Origin: an uncultured Christensenellaceae bacterium
GTDB lineage: Bacteria > Bacillota > Clostridia > Christensenellales > UBA3700
Assembly (NCBI GenBank): GCA_910588545.1
Contig: CAJUOU010000001.1
Span: 308,357-372,356, forward strand
Reading direction: 5' to 3'
DNA length: 64,000 bases
Both the position numbers and the translations under genes were made by a program. The notes beneath the pieces are model-generated. The model searched no databases and had not been told where the DNA came from. It saw only the letters and a list, made by a program, of their open reading frames with translations. Below are positions 38,364-47,647 of the stretch, in pieces (within the stretch, counting starts at the first letter, position 1; every line of letters starts with the position of its first letter).

Positions 38364-39143
38364 ATGAAGAAAAAAGTTTTTTTGATTGTTGCAATCATTC
38401 TTATTGCATTAATAGCATGCATGGCACTTGTTGCTTGTGATGGAAATGTTGGTGGCGACGACAGCGTAAACAATGGCAATGATAGTGAAGAAATTATCGG
38501 TGGAGGAAATAACCAAGGTGGAAACATAGAAAATGGTGGAAACGTAGGTGGCAATAACAATGAAAATGTTATCAGCCCCAATCTTACTATAAATGAATTT
38601 TTGGACGCATGGAAAGCAAGTTCGTCAAAATCATTTTATCAGCCTTGTTATGGCGATACAAAATTTACAATTTACGGAAATATATTTATGCAGAGCGATT
38701 TTGAAACAATAAAATATTTAGAAATTACGAAAAAAAACAATGCAAACTATTTTTATGGACATATTGATGATACAGATTTTAGCCATTGGGAGATTTTAAA
38801 GTTGGATAGTATTGAGGATATTTGCACTCATGTCAATATCGATATAGAAGTATTGCCTGAAGTTTCCACCCCTAAAGATATTATAAATGTTTGTGATTTA
38901 ATGGTTTTTGGCGACAATGACCCTGATTTGTTATATGAAAAGAAAGACGATGGTATATTTTATGGCATTAAAGATAGTATTTTTGAAAATTCGACAATTA
39001 AGATTGTTGGAAATGATTTGATTTTTAACTTTCAGTTTGCTTATGGAGATACTCGCGAAGGTAAATTTATATTTTCAATAGGTTCCGACCCAATTACTAT
39101 ACCGCAATCTTTGAGAGATGCCTTGGAAAATATACAAGCATAA
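38364..39143 (+). CDS. hypothetical lipoprotein with a Gly/Asn-rich linker
   Basis: Signal peptide with lipobox (MALVAC). Low-complexity GGN stretch. AAAGGAG RBS. Confidence 0.75.
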   Translation: MKKKVFLIVAIILIALIACMALVACDGNVGGDDSVNNGNDSEEIIGGGNNQGGNIENGGNVGGNNNENVISPNLTINEFLDAWKASSSKSFYQPCYGDTKFTIYGNIFMQSDFETIKYLEITKKNNANYFYGHIDDTDFSHWEILKLDSIEDICTHVNIDIEVLPEVSTPKDIINVCDLMVFGDNDPDLLYEKKDDGIFYGIKDSIFENSTIKIVGNDLIFNFQFAYGDTREGKFIFSIGSDPITIPQSLRDALENIQA

Positions 39144-39246
39144 AAGTAACACTTATAAACATATTGCGGTAAATAATATTGGCTTATATAATAAAATATT
39201 AACTGATAAATAACATATTTTTCAAAAATTGTTGTGACAAAACAAA

Positions 39247-39285
39247 ATAAATCCGATGTCTATATACATTGGATTTATTTTTTTG
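39247..39285 (+). terminator. intrinsic terminator
   Basis: 12-bp stem ATAAATCCGATG/CATTGGATTTAT (one G-U pair) followed by T7. Confidence 0.75.
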
Positions 39286-39418
39286 CATATTAATATTAGA
39301 TTGTCTATTAATACAAATATCTAATAACGGATTTTATTATTAATAGCGAATTTATGTTAATATAAGCACGCGTTTTATTTGATATATAAATAATAAATAT
39401 ACTTTTTTGCTATGATTA

Positions 39419-39448
39419 TTGACAAATTACGGGTTAATGGTTTATAAT
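39419..39448 (+). promoter_or_regulatory. sigma-A-like promoter upstream of the HAD hydrolase gene
   Basis: TTGACA at 39419-39424, 18-nt spacer, TATAAT at 39443-39448. Confidence 0.5.
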
Positions 39449-39495
39449 TATTAATATTAAAGTAGTGTTTTATACGCAAAATTTGTGGAGTAAAA

Positions 39496-40149
39496 ATGAT
39501 AAAAAATGTAGTTTTTGATATGGATGGTACTATTTTAAATACTATCGACGATTTATATAATAGTGTGAATTTTGCATTGGCAGAATGTGGTTATCCTAAA
39601 AGGAGTATGAAAGAAGTTTTATCTTTTGTAGGGAACGGGGTAAAAGTGCTTATCGACCGAGCAATGCCAAAGGGATATACCGCTGAGGAGTTTGACATTT
39701 GCTTTAAAAAATTTATGGGACATTACAATTTACATAAAAATGACAACACTTGTCCTTATGATGGTATTTTAGAGCTTATGCAAGCTTTGCAAGCAAAAGG
39801 TATAAAAATGAGTGTTGTTTCCAACAAATTCGATGCGGGAGTTAAGGAACTTGCCGAAAAGTTGTTTACAGGTTATTTGCCTGTTGCTATAGGAGAGAGT
39901 GAAAAAGTACAACCCAAGCCAAACCCAAGCGGTGTGTGGTATGCATTGGAACTTATGGGGGCAAAGTCGGAGGAAAGTGTTTATATAGGAGATTCCGAAG
40001 TGGACTTTGAAACCGCAAAAAACAGCGGACTTACATTTATTGCCGTTACTTGGGGATTTAGGCCAAGGGAATTGCATGAGGGGCTCGGAGTAAAATATAT
40101 TGCGGAAAAACCGATGGATATAGTGAAAATTTTGGAGAAAATAAAGTAA
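39496..40149 (+). CDS. HAD-family hydrolase (phosphoglycolate-phosphatase-like)
   Basis: VVFDMDGTILNT motif I, SNK motif II-III and GDSEVD motif IV. Confidence 0.85.
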   Translation: MIKNVVFDMDGTILNTIDDLYNSVNFALAECGYPKRSMKEVLSFVGNGVKVLIDRAMPKGYTAEEFDICFKKFMGHYNLHKNDNTCPYDGILELMQALQAKGIKMSVVSNKFDAGVKELAEKLFTGYLPVAIGESEKVQPKPNPSGVWYALELMGAKSEESVYIGDSEVDFETAKNSGLTFIAVTWGFRPRELHEGLGVKYIAEKPMDIVKILEKIK

Positions 40150-40231
40150 AGATAACATATTTATGAGTTTGTTTATTGAATTTTAACTATATAATATTTT
40201 GACAATAAAATATGTAATGTAAATAAAAATT

Positions 40232-41029
40232 ATGGAAAAATACGGACTTTTAGGAAAAAAATTGGGACATTCGCTATCGCCATATATTCACAATAAACTG
40301 TTTGAGTTAAGCGGAGTGCATGCAGAATATAAGCTTTATGAGACGGACAATGTAAATGACTTTGTAAAAAGCAGCAATTTGGACGGCTTTAATGTTACAA
40401 TACCTTATAAAAAAGATGTATTTAATTTGTGCGACAATATCCATAAAAGTGCCAAAAATTTAGGAGTAGTTAATTGTGTCGACCGCAATTTTATGGGATT
40501 TAATACAGATGTTTATGGCTACACAAAAAGCGTAAGCGAAATAGAAAACGATTTTACTTGCAGAGTGCTTTTGTTGGGTTGCGGCGGAGTAGGCAGTATG
40601 ATAGCAAAACAATATGAGCCTAGCAATTTGTGTATAGCGATACGTAATTTGACGGATAGTAAAGTTCAAAATATAAAGTGTCAATTTGGCGAAGTAAAAG
40701 TGGTTGATATACAAAATATTCCTAATCAAAAGTTTGATTTGATAGTAAACAGTACGCCTGTAGGGATGTTCCCCGATATAAACAGCTCCCCGATAGAAAA
40801 AGAGGTCATTTGTAATGCAAAATCGGTTTACGACACAATTTATAATCCATACGAAACCAAACTTTTGAAGTATGCAACAGAGTGCGGTTGCAAAGGTAAA
40901 AATGGGTTGGACATGCTTGTTTTGCAGGCTGTAAAATCTCATGAATATTGGTACGGCGCTAAGTTTGAGGAAAAGGACATAAAGGATATTATCTTTTACA
41001 CTCAAAAGGAGCTTGATAAAAAATGGTAA
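40232..41029 (+). CDS. aroE: shikimate dehydrogenase
   Basis: LGKKLGHSLSPYIHN, FNVTIPYK, GCGGVG and NSTPVGM motifs. Confidence 0.92.
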   Translation: MEKYGLLGKKLGHSLSPYIHNKLFELSGVHAEYKLYETDNVNDFVKSSNLDGFNVTIPYKKDVFNLCDNIHKSAKNLGVVNCVDRNFMGFNTDVYGYTKSVSEIENDFTCRVLLLGCGGVGSMIAKQYEPSNLCIAIRNLTDSKVQNIKCQFGEVKVVDIQNIPNQKFDLIVNSTPVGMFPDINSSPIEKEVICNAKSVYDTIYNPYETKLLKYATECGCKGKNGLDMLVLQAVKSHEYWYGAKFEEKDIKDIIFYTQKELDKKW

Positions 41030-41517
41030 TTGCATTGTGTGGATATATGGGAAGTGGCAAAAGCACTTTAGGCAAAATGCTTGCTAAAAAATTGGCTTTT
41101 GACTTTGTTGACCTTGATGGCTATATTGAAGAAAAAGAAAACATGAGTATACCTCAAATATTTGCAAATTATGGGGAAGCGTATTTCAGGCAGTGCGAAC
41201 ATTCGGCTTTATCAAGTTTTTTAAACGCTAACAACACAGTGCTTTCGTTAGGTGGAGGTGTACCGATTGCGGACGAAAACAAAAAACTGCTAAAAGGTAT
41301 GTTTGTGGTTTATATTGACAGTTCATTTGAAGATTGCTATAAAAGGATAAAAACAACGGACAGACCGATAGTAAAGCAAAAAAACAAGTCGGAGCTTGAA
41401 AAACATTACAACGATAGGGTTGTGCATTATAAAAAAGTGGCAAATTTGACAGTGTATGGCAATAATTTGAAAAAAATGACGGAGCAAATTGTACAATTTG
41501 TAAAGGAGAAAATATGA
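41023..41517 (+). CDS. aroK: shikimate kinase
   Basis: Walker A GYMGSGKSTLGK, FRQCE and LGGG motifs; overlaps aroE. Confidence 0.9.
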   Translation: MVIALCGYMGSGKSTLGKMLAKKLAFDFVDLDGYIEEKENMSIPQIFANYGEAYFRQCEHSALSSFLNANNTVLSLGGGVPIADENKKLLKGMFVVYIDSSFEDCYKRIKTTDRPIVKQKNKSELEKHYNDRVVHYKKVANLTVYGNNLKKMTEQIVQFVKEKI

Positions 41518-41933
41518 AAATATTAGTTATTAATGGTGTAAATTTGGATATGCTAGGCGTAAGAGAGCCGCACATTTATGGCGGGAAAAGCTTGGACGAT
41601 ATAAATAAAGATTTGGCAGCACAAGCGAAAGCTTATGGTGCAGAAATCGAATTTGTACAAAGCAATATCGAGGGCGAAATAGTAGAATTTATCCATAGTG
41701 GCAGATTGTACGACGGAATCATTTTAAATGCCGGTGCATATACACACTATTCTATTGCGATAAGAGATGCAATAAGCAGTATAGAAACTCCTTGCGTAGA
41801 AGTGCATTTGAGTAATGTTCATAAGCGTGAAGAGTTTAGACATACATCTGTAATTTCCGCAGTCTGTGTAGGAGTAATTGCGGGATTTGGAGAAAAATCA
41901 TACAAATTGGCATTGCAAGCATTGCTAAACTAA
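41514..41933 (+). CDS. aroQ: type II 3-dehydroquinate dehydratase
   Basis: ILVINGVNLDMLGVREPHIYG, NAGAYTHYSIA and VEVHLSNVHKREEFRH motifs. Confidence 0.95.
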   Translation: MKILVINGVNLDMLGVREPHIYGGKSLDDINKDLAAQAKAYGAEIEFVQSNIEGEIVEFIHSGRLYDGIILNAGAYTHYSIAIRDAISSIETPCVEVHLSNVHKREEFRHTSVISAVCVGVIAGFGEKSYKLALQALLN

Positions 41934-41951
41934 TTATTAATCGGTTGAAAT

Positions 41952-44210
41952 ATGAGAGTTATTAAAATCAATACAAATCCAACTTATAATGTACTTGTGC
42001 GAGACGGCTTGCTTAATGAAGTAGGAAGTTTGGTCAATCAAATAAAAAGTTATGACAGGATTGCTGTTATAACAGATAGTCTTGTGGAAAAATTGTATCT
42101 TGACAAAGTTGTTACGAGCTTTAAAGGATATTCAAACCAAATTTTTACCTACTCTTTCCCAAACGGAGAGAGCAGTAAGTGTCTAGCGGAACTGTCAAAA
42201 ATTTACGATTTTTTGGCCGAGTCTCAAATTACTCGTACCGACTTGGTAATTGCTTTGGGCGGCGGTGTATGCGGCGACATGGTCGGTTTTGCGGCAAGCA
42301 GTTATTTACGCGGTGTTGATTTTATAAATATACCTACAACACTACTTAGTATGGTAGACTCTTCGGTTGGCGGAAAAACCGCTGTTAATATTACTGCAGG
42401 CAAAAATCAAGTCGGCTCGTTTTATCAGCCTAAGGTCGTTATTTGTGACACAAATGTTTTGGCTACACTATCTGACGATTTGATTGCAGATGGTATTGGA
42501 GAAATTGCTAAATACGGAGTGCTTGAGGACAAAGGTCTTTTTGATTTGTTGCTAAAAGGTAAATTATTTGACAATATTAGTGAAATTATAGAAATTTGCG
42601 TAAGAATAAAAGACGAGTATGTAAGCGGAGATGTATTTGACAAAGGCAAAAGACAGCTTTTAAATTTAGGACATACATTGGGGCATGTTATTGAAAAGGA
42701 CAGTAAATATACTTTGGCACATGGTAAGGCTGTACTAATAGGAATGTTTTACATTGCTCAAAAATTTGCAGGCAGCAGTGAAATCGATTTGATTTTGCAA
42801 AAAATCAAAGCAGTTGCCAAAAAATATAATATGCCGATTGATTACAAATTGTCTGCTGACGAATTGTGGGCAAGTGCAGGTAATGACAAAAAACGTCACG
42901 GAGATTATTTAACAATCGCACGTCCTTATGCCATTGGGGATTGTAGATTGGAAAATGTTAAGCTCGGTGCGCCAATCAATTTGACAGAAAGTGTGAAAGA
43001 AAGTAAATTTGATATTGAGATTATTCCAAGTAAATTGAGCGGAAGTATATGCCCTCCGCCATCAAAATCGCATTTGCACAGGCTATTGATTATGTCGGCT
43101 TTTTGCGGTGGGCAAGCAGTGGTAAGCAATGTAGTATTAAGCAATGATATCAAAGCAACTTTAAATGCCTTGAAAAATATCGGTGCAGATTTTGTGATAA
43201 ATAAAAATAATGTAACATTTAGTGGCTTTAACTTAAAGAATAATGCGGTAATCGATTGCGGAGAGTGTGGCAGTACATTTAGATTTTTTATACCTATCTG
43301 TGCTATGCTTGGTATAAAAACGCAATTTATTGGCAGTGAAAGACTTGGCGAGCGTGGCTACGAGGATATAATTACAGCCATGGGTAGCAAAGTTAAATTT
43401 GATAAAACAAGCGGCTTGCCATTAAATATTAACGGAAATTACGATATGGACGAAATTACCATAAACGGAAATATGTCATCGCAATTTGTAAGTGGTATTA
43501 TGCTTGGAGCTTATGCAAGCAATAAAAAAATCAGCATAAATTTGACGGGGCAACTTGTATCACGCGGTTATGTCGATATGACTATTCAAACACTAAAACA
43601 ATTTGGATGCAAAGTTGTGGAGGAGAAAAACAGTTTTGCAATTATCCCTAAAAAAATTGACGGAAAGCAATATGATTTAATGCCGGAAGTTGACTATAGC
43701 AATCTTGCTTTTTGGGAAGTGGGAGGAGTACATTTGCCTATAGCGCAAGATAACTCCAAACAAGGGGATAAGATAGTTTTGGAGATAGTGAAAAAGGCTG
43801 AACACGGTTTGGCTTTTGACATAGATATTTCCAATATTCCCGATTTAGCTCCGATTTTCGGCGTGTTACTTGCAAAATTAAAAGGGACTTCCACTTTGAA
43901 AAATTGTGCAAGACTTAGGATAAAAGAGTGTGACAGATTGGCTGCAACTTGCGAAATTTTAAATGCATTCGGCATTAAGGCAAGTATAGTGGGCGACGAT
44001 TTGGTAGTTGTCGGAGGCACAGTAAAAGGCAGAGTAATTGTCGATAGTTACGGTGACCACAGAATGGCCATGACAGCTGCAATATTGGCAACTTTTGCGG
44101 ATGGAAAAGTGACTGTGAAAAATGCGCAAGTAGTCAAAAAAAGTTATCCCGATTTTTGGGAAGATTATGTCACTTTGGGAGGTGTGATAAATGTCGTCAA
44201 CATTAGGTAA
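41952..44210 (+). CDS. fused 3-dehydroquinate synthase / 3-phosphoshikimate 1-carboxyvinyltransferase (AroB-AroA), 752 aa
   Basis: N-terminal half carries DHQS motifs (ALGGGVCGDMVGFAA, VDSSVGGKTAVN, LNLGHTLGH). C-terminal half carries EPSPS motifs (PPSKSHLHRLLI, RIKECDRL, YGDHRMAM). One uninterrupted ORF. Confidence 0.9.
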   Translation: MRVIKINTNPTYNVLVRDGLLNEVGSLVNQIKSYDRIAVITDSLVEKLYLDKVVTSFKGYSNQIFTYSFPNGESSKCLAELSKIYDFLAESQITRTDLVIALGGGVCGDMVGFAASSYLRGVDFINIPTTLLSMVDSSVGGKTAVNITAGKNQVGSFYQPKVVICDTNVLATLSDDLIADGIGEIAKYGVLEDKGLFDLLLKGKLFDNISEIIEICVRIKDEYVSGDVFDKGKRQLLNLGHTLGHVIEKDSKYTLAHGKAVLIGMFYIAQKFAGSSEIDLILQKIKAVAKKYNMPIDYKLSADELWASAGNDKKRHGDYLTIARPYAIGDCRLENVKLGAPINLTESVKESKFDIEIIPSKLSGSICPPPSKSHLHRLLIMSAFCGGQAVVSNVVLSNDIKATLNALKNIGADFVINKNNVTFSGFNLKNNAVIDCGECGSTFRFFIPICAMLGIKTQFIGSERLGERGYEDIITAMGSKVKFDKTSGLPLNINGNYDMDEITINGNMSSQFVSGIMLGAYASNKKISINLTGQLVSRGYVDMTIQTLKQFGCKVVEEKNSFAIIPKKIDGKQYDLMPEVDYSNLAFWEVGGVHLPIAQDNSKQGDKIVLEIVKKAEHGLAFDIDISNIPDLAPIFGVLLAKLKGTSTLKNCARLRIKECDRLAATCEILNAFGIKASIVGDDLVVVGGTVKGRVIVDSYGDHRMAMTAAILATFADGKVTVKNAQVVKKSYPDFWEDYVTLGGVINVVNIR

Positions 44211-45264
44211 AAATTTGGAAATAAGCATTTTCGGAGAATCTCATGGTAACGCAGTGGGGGTTGTTATAAACGGACTTCCCAGCGGAGAGTATGTTGATAA
44301 AAATTTAATCAATCAATATTTGAAAAAGCGTGCGACAGGTAAAGATAAAACTATGACTGCAAGAGTAGAGGCGGACGAAGTGCAGTTTTTGAGCGGTGTT
44401 TACAATGATTACACAACGGGTACTCCGCTTACAATGGTTATATATAATGTGGGACAGCATAGCAAAGATTACTCGAATATAGCAACTATTGCAAGACCGT
44501 CACATGCCGACTACAGCGGATTTGTTAGGTATAAAGGCTTTAATGATATTCGTGGTGGAGGACATTTTTCGGGAAGACTTACCACTCCGATTGTTATGGC
44601 AGGCAGTTTGTGTATGGCTATACTAAAAAATAAAGGCATTGACATTTGTGCTAATATTATTGAAATCGGCAGTGTAAAAGGTCAAAGACTTGGCAACAGG
44701 TTGGACAAAAATACATTTGATATTTTAAGAGAAAAGCAAATACAAGCTATTGCAAACGAAGATAAAATGCGTGAGGAAATTTTGACTGCACGTGAAAACC
44801 TTGACAGCGTAGGCGGTAGGATTGAGTGTGTGGTGACAGGTATTAAAGCGGGAGTAGGCTCTCCTATGTTTGACGGGGTAGAAAATAACATTGCTAAAGC
44901 TATTTTCGGTATACCTGCAATTAAAGGTATTGAATTTGGCGAGGAATGTTTGCTTAAAGGCTCTGTATACAATGACAGTTATAAAATGGATGGAGGAAAA
45001 CCTGTAACCGTTACAAATCATGATGGTGGTATTAACGGAGGTATAACAAACGGAATGCCAATAGTATTTGCTGTTAAAGTTAAGCCTACGCCAAGCATTG
45101 CAAGATGTCAGGATACAATAGATTTTAAGAAAATGAGTGACACAACGATAGAAATTAAGGGCAGACATGACCCTTGCGTAGTTGCACGTGCCGTACCTTG
45201 TGTGGAATGTGTAACAGCAATAGCAATATTAGATATGGTTATGGAGAGTGAAATTTATGGTTGA
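44191..45264 (+). CDS. aroC: chorismate synthase
   Basis: FGESHG, RPSHADY, GGGHFSGR and GRHDPCV motifs. Confidence 0.96.
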   Translation: MSSTLGKNLEISIFGESHGNAVGVVINGLPSGEYVDKNLINQYLKKRATGKDKTMTARVEADEVQFLSGVYNDYTTGTPLTMVIYNVGQHSKDYSNIATIARPSHADYSGFVRYKGFNDIRGGGHFSGRLTTPIVMAGSLCMAILKNKGIDICANIIEIGSVKGQRLGNRLDKNTFDILREKQIQAIANEDKMREEILTARENLDSVGGRIECVVTGIKAGVGSPMFDGVENNIAKAIFGIPAIKGIEFGEECLLKGSVYNDSYKMDGGKPVTVTNHDGGINGGITNGMPIVFAVKVKPTPSIARCQDTIDFKKMSDTTIEIKGRHDPCVVARAVPCVECVTAIAILDMVMESEIYG

Positions 45265-45526
45265 TTTAAAAAGTAGCAGAGAGATTATCGATACATTGGA
45301 TATAGCAATCGCATCCCTTTACAAAACTCGTATGATGGCTGTAAAAAATATAGCAAATTATAAAAAAACTAATAATATCGCCGTTTTGGATGAGGGGCGT
45401 GAGCAGCAAGTTTTGGATAATGTTTTAAGCATTTTGAAAGACGACGAAAAAGAATATGCCGAGGACATTATAGCATTATATAAATTTATCATGGATTACA
45501 GCAAAAATAAGCAAAGCACAAAATAA
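45257..45526 (+). CDS. chorismate mutase (AroQ class)
   Basis: ~90-aa helical protein with SREIIDTLDIAIASLYKTRMM...R pattern at the end of the aro operon. Start ATG 45257 (GTG 45248 is the alternative). Confidence 0.75.
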   Translation: MVDLKSSREIIDTLDIAIASLYKTRMMAVKNIANYKKTNNIAVLDEGREQQVLDNVLSILKDDEKEYAEDIIALYKFIMDYSKNKQSTK

Positions 45527-45559
45527 TTAAGAAAATTTTGTAAAATTTTATAAAAGTTC

Positions 45560-45588
45560 TTGCAATGCAAAAAAAATTTTGTTATAAT
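45560..45588 (+). promoter_or_regulatory. sigma-A-like promoter of the PEPCK gene
   Basis: TTGCAA at 45560-45565, 17-nt spacer, TATAAT at 45583-45588. Confidence 0.55.
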
Positions 45589-45663
45589 GTTATCTAGTGG
45601 GAAATGGGAATTTTTCACAATATAATATGTTAATAATATACATTTTTGAAAAGGAGTATAAAT

Positions 45664-47430
45664 ATGACTAAGAACAAAAAAGTTTTAGAGTATGTTGAGT
45701 CGGTTGAAAAACTTTGCAATCCCGACAACGTTGTTTGGATTGACGGAAGTGAAGAACTTTACAACAAACTAACTGAAGAAGCATTGGCTACAGGCGAGTT
45801 AATTAAGCTTAATGACGAATTGCTACCTGGTTGCTATTTGCACCGCACTGCCGTTAACGACGTTGCTCGTGTAGAAGGCAGAACTTTCATTTGTAGCAGA
45901 GAGCAAGTTAATGCAGGTCCTACAAATAATTGGTGGAATCCAACAGAGGCTTATGAGAAATTGAATAGTATTTTAAAAGATGCTTACAAGGGCAGAACAA
46001 TGTATGTAATTCCTTTCTCAATGGGTCCGGTAGGTTCTCCTCTTGCTAAAATCGGTATCGAAATCACTGACTCTATTTATGTTGTACTAAACATGAAGAT
46101 TATGACAAGAGTTGGTCAAAACGTACTTGATGCACTAGGCGACAGCAACGATTTCGTTCGTGGTACTCATGCAAAATGCAATATTGACGAAAATGATAGA
46201 TATATTTGCCATTTCCCTGAAGATAATACAATTATTTCTGTTAACAGTGGTTACGGCGGAAACGTACTTTTGGGTAAAAAATGTTTTGCTCTTCGTATCG
46301 CATCTTTCCAAGGTCGTAACGAGGGATGGATGGCAGAACACATGCTTATCCTTGGTATCGAAAAGCCAGACGGCAAAATTTACTATATGGGCGCTGCTTT
46401 CCCAAGTGCTTGCGGTAAAACAAACCTTGCAATGCTTATCCCACCAGAAGGTTATAAGAAAGCAGGTTACAAAGTATGGTGCGTAGGCGACGATATCGCT
46501 TGGATTAAACCTGGTAAAGACGGCAGACTTTATGCTATCAACCCTGAAAATGGTTTCTTTGGTGTTGCTCCGGGTACTTCTATTAAGTCAAATCCAAATG
46601 CACTTCAAGCTACTAAGAAAAACACTATCTTCACAAACGTTGTTTTGAATAAAGAGAACAACACTGTTTGGTGGGAAGGTATGGATAAAAATCCTCCTGA
46701 AAATGCTGTTGATTGGAAGGGTAACGATTGGAATGGTAAGACTTCCGATGTTAAAGGTGCTCAACCAAACAGCCGTTTCACTGCTCCTGCTATTAACTGT
46801 CCTTGCATTAGCTCTGAGTTCGAGTCTACTACAGGTGTTCCTATGAGTGCGTTCATCTTTGGTGGTCGTCGTGCTAAAACTACTCCGCTTGTATACCAAG
46901 CAAGAGATTGGAATCACGGTGTATTTGTTGGCTCTATAATGTCTTCCGAGACTACTGCTGCTGCTACAGGCGCAACAGGCGTATTAAGAAGAGACCCAAT
47001 GGCTATGCTTCCATTCTGCGGATACCACATGGGTGACTACTTTGGTCATTGGATTGAGATGGGTAGCAAAATCCCTAGCGATAAGCAACCTAAATTCTTC
47101 AACGTTAACTGGTTCCGTCAAGATGAAAACGGTAATTTCGTATGGCCTGGTTTCGGCGACAATATGCGTGTTCTTGATTGGATGGTTAAGAGAATCGAAG
47201 GTACTGTTGACGCTAAAGAGACTGCTATCGGTTATGTTCCTTATGCAAAAGATATCAACCTTGATGGCTGTGATTGCTCATTGGAGACTTTGGAGTCTAT
47301 CCTAGAAGTTGATAATGACGCTTGGGCTAAAGAAGCTGAAGGTATTAAGGAATTCTACACTAAGTTTGGAAACAAACTTCCAAAAGAACTTGCTAAAGAG
47401 TGCGACGCTCTTATCAAGAGAACTAAGTAA
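45664..47430 (+). CDS. pck: phosphoenolpyruvate carboxykinase (GTP-dependent type)
   Basis: Motifs of the GTP-PEPCK family (FPSACGKTN, CVGDDIAW, NWF). Start moved to ATG 45664 (AAAGGAG RBS). Confidence 0.93.
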   Translation: MTKNKKVLEYVESVEKLCNPDNVVWIDGSEELYNKLTEEALATGELIKLNDELLPGCYLHRTAVNDVARVEGRTFICSREQVNAGPTNNWWNPTEAYEKLNSILKDAYKGRTMYVIPFSMGPVGSPLAKIGIEITDSIYVVLNMKIMTRVGQNVLDALGDSNDFVRGTHAKCNIDENDRYICHFPEDNTIISVNSGYGGNVLLGKKCFALRIASFQGRNEGWMAEHMLILGIEKPDGKIYYMGAAFPSACGKTNLAMLIPPEGYKKAGYKVWCVGDDIAWIKPGKDGRLYAINPENGFFGVAPGTSIKSNPNALQATKKNTIFTNVVLNKENNTVWWEGMDKNPPENAVDWKGNDWNGKTSDVKGAQPNSRFTAPAINCPCISSEFESTTGVPMSAFIFGGRRAKTTPLVYQARDWNHGVFVGSIMSSETTAAATGATGVLRRDPMAMLPFCGYHMGDYFGHWIEMGSKIPSDKQPKFFNVNWFRQDENGNFVWPGFGDNMRVLDWMVKRIEGTVDAKETAIGYVPYAKDINLDGCDCSLETLESILEVDNDAWAKEAEGIKEFYTKFGNKLPKELAKECDALIKRTK

Positions 47431-47460
47431 TTTTTAAATTCAAATGATATAAAACAAATT

Positions 47461-47489
47461 TTAGGCTGTCTTAGGACAGCCTTTTATTG
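47461..47489 (+). terminator. intrinsic terminator after pck
   Basis: Stem AGGCTGTC/GACAGCCT with loop TTAG, then TTTTATT. Confidence 0.85.
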
Positions 47490-47587
47490 TTGTTAATTTA
47501 TACTTAAATTGTTTTTTTGTTAGCTTTTACACATTCAAATTGTTTTTATTATTATTAAGCACCATAAAGTTTATTTTATATATGGTA

Positions 47588-47616
47588 TTGAACAAACTGC
47601 GTTTATTTGATATAAT
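47588..47616 (+). promoter_or_regulatory. sigma-A-like promoter retained upstream of the pseudogene
   Basis: TTGAAC at 47588-47593, 17-nt spacer, TGaTATAAT at 47608-47616. Confidence 0.5.
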
Positions 47617-47647
47617 ATATTTATAAAATTGTTTTGATAAGGTTTTT

